Origin: Asterionella formosa | Taxonomy: Eukaryota | Length of the DNA: 64,000 nucleotides | Assembly (NCBI GenBank): GCA_002256025.1 | Contig: NKIB01013073.1 | Span: 1 to 64,000 of the forward strand | Reading direction: 5' to 3' | In this document: piece after piece, positions 55,410 through 64,000 of the stretch | Layout of the letters: every line of letters starts with the position of its first letter | How positions within the stretch are numbered: the first letter of the stretch is position 1 | The notes under the pieces: model-generated | Told to the model about the DNA's origin: nothing | Seen by the model: only the letters and a program-made list of their open reading frames with translations | The model's database searches: none | Position numbers and translations under genes: made by a program

Positions 55410-57209
55410 ATGAACGACAGTGGCAAATGTGACCAACATCCCGCAGGAAGCAGCGGCACTGACGACGACGACCTCACCATGACAGCATCTGCCTGGCTCA
55501 AGAAACCCCTCTGGGTCATTCACGAACAAGAAATGCAGCACAGCTCGTCGGTCGAACGACATTTGACGCTCTTGGACCTGTGGTGCATCGGAGTTGGCGG
55601 GACCATTGGATCTGGCATTTTCGTCTTGACTGGATACATTGCTCATCACTATGCAGGACCATCCACGTTCGGGAGTTTTATCATTTCGGGCATGGCAGCA
55701 TCTTGCAGCGCGTTAGCATACGCCGAACTGGCAGGTCGGTTGCCAGTGTCAGGGTCCACGTATTTGTATGCCTACGTCGCTATGGGAGAATTGGCTGCTG
55801 TTGTGGCAGCCGCGTGTTTGACTTTGGAATATGCCGTGTCGGGAGCTGCGGTGGCGAGGAGTTGGGGAGACAAGTGTGTGCTGTGGATCGTGGACCAGTG
55901 GAATATACCCGAGGCAGCCACCTATTTGGACCCAGGCTACGGCATCAACCCAATGGCATTCCTTGTGTCAGCGCTGTCCGTGGCGCTACTACTGGGCGGT
56001 GTAAAGGAGTCAAAGGGAGTATCAAATGCCATTACAAACTTTAAAGTTTTCTTGGTCATATTCATGATTGTTGGGGGCTTTTGCTTCTTCAATACAGACA
56101 ACTTTAAGCCATTGCTACCCTTCGGAACTGCTGGTGTCATGCGTGGGGCTACATCTAGTTTCTTTGGGTACCTGGGGTATGACGAAGTATGCTGCCTAGC
56201 TGGAGAAGCCTTGCATCCACAGCGTGACATGCCGCGAGCAGTCCTTGCCATTATTTCCACAGTCGCCGTATTGTACGTTCTTGCTGCCATCGCCTTGACG
56301 GGAATGCAACCCTACACGACCATAGATGATACCAGTGCATTCCCTGCTGCGTTTTCATACCACGGTCTGCAATGGGCGGCACAACTCACGGCTGCTGGAG
56401 AAATTGCTACGTTACCAGTCGTGGTGCTCATATCGCTCATGGCGCAACCTCGCCTTCAACAAGCATTGGCCAAGGACGGATTGTTGCCTGGTGTCTTTGG
56501 AAGGGTGGATGAAACAGGAAACTTGAGGGCTGGAACTTGGCTGTCAGGCATTGCGATGACGCTTCTTGCTACTTTTTGTCCTTTTGGAATGTTAGATGAT
56601 TTGATATCGGCAGGGATTTTAGTTGCCTTTTCCATGACGAATGCATGCTTAGTTCTTCTAAGGCATGAATCACCTCCCTCCGATCCGAACTTACTTACCA
56701 ATCTGTTATTGTTCTACAATGCTTTGTGTTTTCTGACGAGCATGATGGTGTCGTATGTTCAATCGGGTGCACTTGCAACACTATTTGGTTTTTTTACTCT
56801 ACTGACAGCCATGTACTTGTGGTGTCACTGCCCAACATCAACATCCTTTGGAGGATCTATCTATCGATCACCTACATCACACTTGACATATTTCAAAACG
56901 CCACTGGTTCCGTTCCTACCCTGCCTTGGAACTTTTGTCAATTGGTATCTGATTAGTCAGCTGGAGATGATCGGTCTTTTGCTGTTATTGGTTTACCTTG
57001 GTCTTGCCACAATATACTATTACAGCTACGGTGTCAAACACAGCGTTGGAAATACCACTGGTTGGAGAGGAGGACCGTACGAAGGACTGGCTGATGTGGA
57101 TGCGGATGCGGTGTTGCTGAGAACCATCTCACTACCTAGGGTCAGCCTAACATCGAATCATGAGAAGCTCGACGAGCCTGCAATTCGTGATCTCGGCGAG
57201 TTTTCCTAG
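55410..57209 (+). CDS. Cationic amino acid transporter (APC superfamily, SLC7/CAT-like)
   Basis: IGVGGTIGSGIFVL, YAELAGRLPVSGSTY, FFGYLGYDEV, QPRL...A.DGLLP, F.TPLVPFLPC, YYSYGVKHS. Start 55410 or 55362. Confidence 0.95.
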   Translation: MNDSGKCDQHPAGSSGTDDDDLTMTASAWLKKPLWVIHEQEMQHSSSVERHLTLLDLWCIGVGGTIGSGIFVLTGYIAHHYAGPSTFGSFIISGMAASCSALAYAELAGRLPVSGSTYLYAYVAMGELAAVVAAACLTLEYAVSGAAVARSWGDKCVLWIVDQWNIPEAATYLDPGYGINPMAFLVSALSVALLLGGVKESKGVSNAITNFKVFLVIFMIVGGFCFFNTDNFKPLLPFGTAGVMRGATSSFFGYLGYDEVCCLAGEALHPQRDMPRAVLAIISTVAVLYVLAAIALTGMQPYTTIDDTSAFPAAFSYHGLQWAAQLTAAGEIATLPVVVLISLMAQPRLQQALAKDGLLPGVFGRVDETGNLRAGTWLSGIAMTLLATFCPFGMLDDLISAGILVAFSMTNACLVLLRHESPPSDPNLLTNLLLFYNALCFLTSMMVSYVQSGALATLFGFFTLLTAMYLWCHCPTSTSFGGSIYRSPTSHLTYFKTPLVPFLPCLGTFVNWYLISQLEMIGLLLLLVYLGLATIYYYSYGVKHSVGNTTGWRGGPYEGLADVDADAVLLRTISLPRVSLTSNHEKLDEPAIRDLGEFS

Positions 57210-57453
57210 AAATTCCATGACCCCATTCTCAAGCTATCCTAGGGGACTACCGGTATTTCAACAACGGATTATAGTTGAGCCCAACCATTGTTGACATCAC
57301 GTAAGCCGTCTGTATGTCTACCGCGTCATGTTTCTGCCGCTATTTTCTTCTCGTTTCCTCTCATGATTTCGGTATTTTATTTTGCGAGAGACACAACGTC
57401 AATCAATTTTATCTGACGTCGTTCTTCTTGGCGGACTTGTCAATGGAATCAGC

Positions 57454-58255
57454 ATGCACACTTCATCATTCTTCTTCAGAACAACATTTTTCTGGCGGTG
57501 TGCGTGGATGGCTTTGATGCATCTGACAGTTTTCGTTCAATGCCAACGCCCAAACGGATACAAACCCTCGTTGCCCGCGTTTGCTTCTCCATCTATACCA
57601 CCTCCTCCGTCCATATCCATGCCTGTTTGGTCCCTCGCAAGTCCCATCGGACAGGATACATCCATGAATATTGTTACGTTTGCGATCCCAGTATCGGTGG
57701 CTCCCCCAAAGATCTGGGCTGTTTCGCTGTATTCCAATACGAAAACGCGCACCGCATTTCTTCAGTCCAAGGTGGGGGTGCTGCAACTCTTGACTCCGTC
57801 GATGAAGCATGTCGTGCCTCTATTAGGAAAAAGAAGTGGTTACGAAGAAGGTTATTCAAAGAGAGTCGCATGTGCTAATCTTGGGCAAGAGTGGATACAA
57901 TGTGACGACACACCCAAAGGATCTAGTTGTTTCCCTATGGGGCGAGAATGTAGGTAAGTCGAGGTTTATCCCCTCTGTCCTTTTTCAGGAAAGTGGCTAC
58001 TTGTGGTGCTAAATTATTTTCCCGCTATTATTTATCAGGATTGACCTACTTCCAGGGTGCGCATCGTATCTCCAATTAAAGGTACTGTCTACGCATAGAG
58101 CTGGCGACCATGATGTTGCACTGTGCGAAGTGCTTGCCAGTGGAATGTGGAATGAACATTACAAAACTATTATTCTTGCTGAGGAAGGCCCCAACTTTTT
58201 GGATTCAAAAAATGTTCTTTATTCGGGTCAGTTACGAGACGAAGGCATCATTTAA
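57454..58255 (+). CDS. Flavin reductase-like (FMN-binding split barrel) protein; exons 57454-57953 and 58039-58255
   Basis: PVWSLA...TSMNIVTFAIPVS..PP.IWAVSLY, GVLQLL, LLGKRSG; after the GTAAGT...TCAG intron, LLPGCASYLQL...AGDHDVALCEV, LYSGQLRDEGII*. Start uncertain. Confidence 0.8.
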
Positions 58256-58979
58256 AAATGTGGAATCCGATCGTATACTTGCTTGTTTCCATGAGAAAAT
58301 GCTGAGGGCACACCAAATTCATTGCAAGAGGTCGTTTGTAACTGTAATTGCTGCCAAAAATGATCGTTTATCTGGCAGGGCGGCACTCGCCACCAAAAGT
58401 AGAAAGAATTCTTTGGACGAAATTGGTCATAGCACGACATTTTGTACACCATTTGGAATGATGAATAAATTGTCCCGGGCTCCCCGGTCATGGAATGATG
58501 GTGTCGTGCAACATTTGGGTTTCTTCTGCCTCTCCGCCTGTTTCAATCACGAATTTGCGTAAATGATGCGAACACCAAACATCGAACATCGACTGCCACA
58601 GCACCGTTGGTACCGTACCCCTACATACCAGTAACCGCCACCTAATTATATACGGACCGGTACAGTACCAGAGTACCAGTAATCAAATTATTATACCGGT
58701 AACCAGCATCCATTTTCTTACAAATTTACGGGTACTTGAATTTAGTATAGTATAATTAGCATTCTTCGTGAAAAAGAATGCTTGTATTGAATAAAATGAC
58801 TTGAATGTGATTCACTTCTTCAGCTCGCCACTTGTGAACCCAGACAGTAGTAACCTATATCTACTCTGAAGTCCAACAACTGATAAGAGTGGATGATGGG
58901 TAAGGGTGCTAGCAATTAGTATTTACAAGTTAGTTTCTATATACATCAATTCCACTCAATCCCTCATACATGTTGTTAT

Positions 58980-59462
58980 TCATTCTGTGACTGCAATTTG
59001 GTGTGGGCTTCCAAAAAATGACTGCATGGCTTTTCCCGAGCATTTCCGGTCGCGATGCAAACGACGGCACCCACGTTTCACTTCCTCCTCGGGAATATCC
59101 GCAAGGATGTTTCGACGGTCATCAAAACTTAAACGGAGCTCGTGACGAGGCCTGCGACATGGGCATCGCTTTTCCTCATAGTCGTCAATAGAGCAAGTCT
59201 TCTCCTCTGAATAGTCCCAACCCAAACTGACAGGTGGTCCTTCTAAACAACAAGGGTGATCACCGAGAATCTGAGAGTACTCACGAATATGCGTCTCGCC
59301 AAAGCTAACGTTTCGACGCGATGCCGGCTTGGGCGGTTCAGAGAGCTCTATCTCCATCATGGTATCAGATCCTTCCAGTTCCAGGAAGCCCTTTCCTATT
59401 CTCAAAATAGGCTCTGCAGTCGATAAATCCATGTTTATACGGTCCATTGTCGTTCCTCCCAT
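58980..59462 (-). CDS. Conserved diatom-type hypothetical protein (VSF..V.IREY...LGD.P....GPP.SLGW family)
   Basis: RRNVSFGETHIREYSQILGDHPCCLEGPPVSLGWDY...IDDYE..R...R is a motif I recognise as recurrent in diatom proteomes. Function unknown. Confidence 0.75.
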   Translation of the reverse strand: MGGTTMDRINMDLSTAEPILRIGKGFLELEGSDTMMEIELSEPPKPASRRNVSFGETHIREYSQILGDHPCCLEGPPVSLGWDYSEEKTCSIDDYEEKRCPCRRPRHELRLSFDDRRNILADIPEEEVKRGCRRLHRDRKCSGKAMQSFFGSPHQIAVTE

Positions 59463-61963
59463 AATGTCTGATAAGAGGTGAATGACTCAAAGTGGAAGTG
59501 CGCGAAGTTCTGATTTTTGAAAACGGTTCTCAAAAGTTTCAGATATTACAAACTTACACCCTTCTGAACTCCGCTTAGATGATATATTGCCTCAGAGAGA
59601 GGGATCACTCAATGTCTTGCAAACAGAAACAAAGAGGAACTGACAAAAGGGAGCACAATATCGGTGCGTACAGACAATGCGTGATTGTTTTCAAGTTCAT
59701 TAAAAGTGCAGAAGAGTTTTATGTGACCTTTTTTCTAACATGTAGTAGGCTATCGTGTGGAGCACTACATACATCCTGGTATGTCGGATGCAGCGGCGAT
59801 AAATTCCGCTCGTAGACCACTGTGCAAAATGTTGGCAGGACAACGAAAACAGGTCGACGCAGGCAAGGGTCAACGCATGCAGCAAGCAAGCACATCCGGT
59901 ACACAAAAAGCGAAATGTGAAAGTGCACAACAAATTGCTGCTGTCGTCATCATCCCAGTCATGCAAAGAAATACAGTAGAATGCATCTTGCATGACCTCC
60001 TGAGCGAACATACTCCGGGTAGGGTGCCCTGTTGGTACCAGTAACTGGTGCTCCCAAAACTCGGGACATCAGTGATTATATACCGATAATTTGTGTACAG
60101 GAAAGGTGAAAGGCATTTTCAGGAGTGCGTTCCGTAAATTCTACAGCATGTCCTTATTTAGACCTCGCAAATAAATTTTGGCGGCTGGCTGGCGGCGAGA
60201 TCTGATACCTGCAGGCGTTTTCATTTGGAATTGACATACCCGTGGGCGGTAAAAGCAAAAAGCAAGGTGCTGCTCTCCTTGGCATACAGTATACCGGTGA
60301 GTTCAAACAAGAAAAAAATTTGTCCCTAAAAGATTTGTTTAACATGACCGATAGGTCTAAATTCCTATTATGAATACAAAGGTCGCCCAATAGATTTTAT
60401 ACTAGTATAATGTTGTATAGTATATCAATTTCTGTCAGCCATCTACCGTTGCGGCTTCAACGGACAATTTCTCCTCTCGTCGGAGTTATGAAAAATCATT
60501 ACCGGATCCATTACCACCGGTACATCGACGAGGTCCTTACGAGAATGTACAGATAGCAGTCTAGAAGTAGCCAGCTACCGGTGCATATACTGTACTTAGG
60601 AGGCATTACTTACCGTAAAACCTGGTTTCTCGTATCCCCATACCGGTGCAACGCACCAGTATACCTTTTTACCCCAAGACAATGAGCACCAAGGAGATTT
60701 GGTCACCAAGAGGGAACATTTAAAAGTATACTTACCACTACACCATTTCTCATGGAATTTTGTGTGGGTCAAACTTGTATGTCAAATGATCTCTCGAGAA
60801 TGAATATATTGTTTCCTTGCTGAAAAATTGTGCTTATTTTTTCAACAAGGTTCCCTGGTAGCCTATTTTTCTTGCTTGCACATCAAGGAAGGTTGAGCTG
60901 AACAGCAGAATAGAATCAAACAATTGCTTCTAAAATCTAGTGCTGGAATCAAACCTCACAACCGTACGACAAAGACAAGAACATGATGCTAACCATTAGG
61001 CAATTCCTTCTTCTATCCCATTAAGTTTGGTCCTATGCCTGGGTGCAATTTTTAGAGCCACTGGCTAGACCCCGTATGCCTGCTAGTATTAGCATAACTC
61101 TATCCCAATTGTCAATAATATTTTGCGACTGAATAGGCATGATACAAACACATGTATCATGTTGGTACTATTCTGTTGCTTTTCTCAATAACAGAACAAC
61201 CTCCTGCACCAGTAACTCAATGTTTTGAAATTTCATTCAACAAATTAAATTGTTTTGCTACTGATTTTCTAGTAGTATTTAAAAAAATATTTGAACACAA
61301 CAATAAATCTGTAATTCATATGCGTTGTGGCTGTACAAAGCAATACCTGCCATCGTGTCTTGCTTGATTGCAGAATCCATAAACACTCTTAAGAAGTCAA
61401 CCATGTGTGCAAGCAAGTGACACCAAACCTCTAGTTATTATTGCCATAGCTCACATACCTTGTATTATCATCACCATAGCTCAATCCTGATTCTTGTATG
61501 TCCATACTGTGTCATCGAAAACATCATCGTCCTCTTCTATTCATCAGCTATTCACTCCCATTGAGATTCTATCAGGATACATGGTACCAGAGTTACCTGA
61601 TGGTGCATCAGATTAGTCTACCTATGTAATACTGGACCACATTCTACTTAAAGCCACCTGCCATCAGCAAAAGTATTCAAATAGTATGCAAGAAGTCACA
61701 TGATGTACTGTTTGTTACCGCCTACTTCCAGTTAGAAAATATTTATCTCCTCATCCAACCATTGGGACTTTTCCAATGAACAAAATGATGAATTTACTTT
61801 CTTTTGTTGCTTTGTGGTATGAATCAATCTAGTTTGAAGGAGACTATATGGGATGATTGATTTGAGGTAGGAATGCCTTCCAGGAGGTATCCCTACCCTT
61901 GGAGATGCCATAGGTTGTAGGTGTTTGTCAGAATGGATCATTCTTGTCTTCATTGGGAGCTTC

Positions 61964-63412
61964 TCATAAATCCTTATAGGTATCATTGGTACACAATGAA
62001 GCTTTTTTGCTGCCATCTGTACCACCCCACTCCTCTTCCTGGTAGACGAGTTTACATTGAGTCCCCGAAATTTTGGTGGCAAATAGTGCGTAAAAGCCAA
62101 TTCCATAGGTAACACATCTAGCATTGACTGCCAGCATCAAATCGACAAAGGTAGCATAATACGCTGGCGCAGATCGTCCTTTTTGTCGATCAATGTGAGT
62201 ATTCTCCATTGACATCTCGCGAGCAACCACATTGATTGGTCCCACTGCCTTCAAGGCTGCCTGATCGATGGGGTTGTCAAAGAGCGTCTTATTTCCCCCC
62301 AGATACTGTGGATCTGTAAGTTCATGAACCATGTAACGGACCAAATCATTCGAATCTGCAAAAAAGTAAATTGGTTCAGATGGCGTGGAGGCAAGTGTTC
62401 TGGCACACATGACAGCATGTGTTGCAATTGAAACCGCAAAGTCTTTTGTTATTCCTAACCAGGGAAGGCCTGTCTTGTCCGCAGGGTAGGATGGATTTTT
62501 CCCTTTCACCGTGGTTCCAAAAGCAGTCGCTTTAGGATGTCGGACACGACAGTGCACCGCTGTATACTGGCCCTTTTTGAGCCCCAAACTTTTGTAAACT
62601 AGATCTAATGCAGCCTGCACAGGTTCTGATGGCTTGAAGAAGGCACGAAAAATCTTTCCAAAGCTGGGCGTCCAATGAATCATATCCGTCTCCCCTAAAT
62701 CCTGCAATCGTCGTTCCAGTATGTCTTCATTCAAGTGGCCTAAGAGAATATGTCGCAAGACCTTGATATCTTTGAACGCCCCATACCTCGCTCGTTCTAT
62801 ACAAATATCCAATTCCGACTCCCAAAACCTTTGTACCGGTCGATCCGAGCGATATCCTTCAAAAAACTCCTTCTGTGACCTCGTTTCTTTAATGTCAGCA
62901 AAGCCCTTGACGTCTATCGGCACCGTCCAATTGAAGGCATTCGGTACCAAAAAGTGTTCTAACTGCTGGGGTCGATCCCATTTAATAAACAGCACTCGTC
63001 TCGTTTGGTTCGCAAGATACAAATCCCAGGGCAATTGTCCCAATCGATCATGAAGCCCACCGCAAAGACCCATACAAACGCGGACAATGACATTTGGTGC
63101 ATCAGGATGTTCAAATAGTAACTTGCCCGGATACAGTGCTCTCATTTCATTGTGCCAAGCAATGTAATTGGTAATCCATTGTGGCATACCTTGAGTGCGG
63201 TAACTTGACGTTAGGGAGGCAGCAGCAGCAGCGTGTCCGGGAGAAGGAAAGGATTGCTTTGGTTCAGGAGTTGTATACTGAACAAATACAAGGCAGATTT
63301 GTAGACTGAAGAACGTGACGAAGAAGCATGCCAAAACGGCCTTTACACTTGGGCCTTTTCGTCGTTGCTTGACTCTTCCGTACTCGATAGGTTCATGTTT
63401 TCGCTTCCACAT
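61964..63412 (-). CDS. Type II membrane glycosyltransferase, fucosyltransferase-like (NodZ/FUT8/O-FucT motifs)
   Basis: Short basic N-tail plus one TM helix; CGGLHDRL, YTAVHCRVRH (motif I-like), IYFFADS (motif II-like), TFVDLMLA...C...G.G.Y (motif III-like). Confidence 0.75.
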   Translation of the reverse strand: MWKRKHEPIEYGRVKQRRKGPSVKAVLACFFVTFFSLQICLVFVQYTTPEPKQSFPSPGHAAAAASLTSSYRTQGMPQWITNYIAWHNEMRALYPGKLLFEHPDAPNVIVRVCMGLCGGLHDRLGQLPWDLYLANQTRRVLFIKWDRPQQLEHFLVPNAFNWTVPIDVKGFADIKETRSQKEFFEGYRSDRPVQRFWESELDICIERARYGAFKDIKVLRHILLGHLNEDILERRLQDLGETDMIHWTPSFGKIFRAFFKPSEPVQAALDLVYKSLGLKKGQYTAVHCRVRHPKATAFGTTVKGKNPSYPADKTGLPWLGITKDFAVSIATHAVMCARTLASTPSEPIYFFADSNDLVRYMVHELTDPQYLGGNKTLFDNPIDQAALKAVGPINVVAREMSMENTHIDRQKGRSAPAYYATFVDLMLAVNARCVTYGIGFYALFATKISGTQCKLVYQEEEWGGTDGSKKASLCTNDTYKDL

Positions 63413-63868
63413 GATGTTCTTGTTTGCTAGAAGCAGTGACGGCTAGGAGACAAGAAGACTCGTCATTGTCCATTTGTTTATTTATTCAAAACAGAAAAAC
63501 AATACGAATACACAGCAAGTACAAATAATAAATAAATAAATAAATATATACATAGATAAAATTTAGTTCTATTGTGTGGTCGATGAATCCGACGAGGACA
63601 TGAAAAGTCCTGGTACCTAGTACCTTTTACCATGTACCATGGACCTGGTACCTGTACTGTGATTCATTTCTATACCGGTGTACCGTTCTGTTGAAAGGTC
63701 TCGTACTCCTTCCCGTCTGACGGGTTCCTCTTTCGTAGAACTTACCTGCTATACCACTAGTATTGTTATCTTCTTTCTGCTGCTAGCCTTCGTGCTAGTT
63801 TTCGCTATTGACCTTACTCTGTCAATTCTCACTGTTTCTTAATTATAAGATTAAACTAAAACTAAGTT

Positions 63869-64000
63869 TCAATCCCATTCATCACACTTCGAGAACCTGT
63901 TCTTCGTGTTCCCTTTTCGTTGATGTAAACCTTCTTCTGATTGATCTAAGACATCAATCTCGTTAGCAAGCTTCTTGACATGGGAACGCACCATTTGACT
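63869..64000 (-). CDS. Possible 3' end of a gene entering from beyond the window
   Basis: Open frame from the window edge, SQMVRSHVKKLANEIDVLDQSEEGLHQRKGNTKNRFSKCDEWD*, followed by AT-rich sequence. Too short to identify. Confidence 0.4.
   Translation of the reverse strand, partial: SQMVRSHVKKLANEIDVLDQSEEGLHQRKGNTKNRFSKCDEWD

Overview
Eukaryotic nuclear DNA, most likely from a diatom. The evidence is short GT-AG introns of about 80-155 bp, bipartite plastid-targeting presequences (signal peptide plus an AF/SF motif) on a sigma-70 factor and a phosphohexomutase, and a diatom-type Ty1/copia element. The window holds about 20 compact protein genes: plastid sigma factor, PXMP4, SelD-N-terminal-like oxidoreductase, PX-AGC kinase, TCF25, acyl-protein thioesterase, FCF1, EMC6, ASCC2, POT1, MMPL transporter, PhyH dioxygenase, mitochondrial carrier, WDR46/UTP7, PMM/PGM, cationic amino acid transporter, flavin-reductase-like protein, fucosyltransferase-like protein and two hypotheticals. 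Decayed mobile DNA lies between them. The three most interesting signals: (1) a 4.6-kb copia LTR element (43716-48335) whose primer-binding site is not tRNA-like but is the perfect 16-nt reverse complement of a sequence inside its own LTR, the architecture of Tf1-type self-priming but in a copia element; (2) a pervasive small-insertion signature (TA to TA-[C..G]-TA, in chains between genes and as ORF-breaking insertions in dead elements) that looks like accumulated DNA-transposon excision footprints, with candidate TA-flanked MITE ends nearby; (3) a Crypton-like tyrosine-recombinase relic with a repeated upstream motif. All family calls come from manual motif recognition; no database searches were run.
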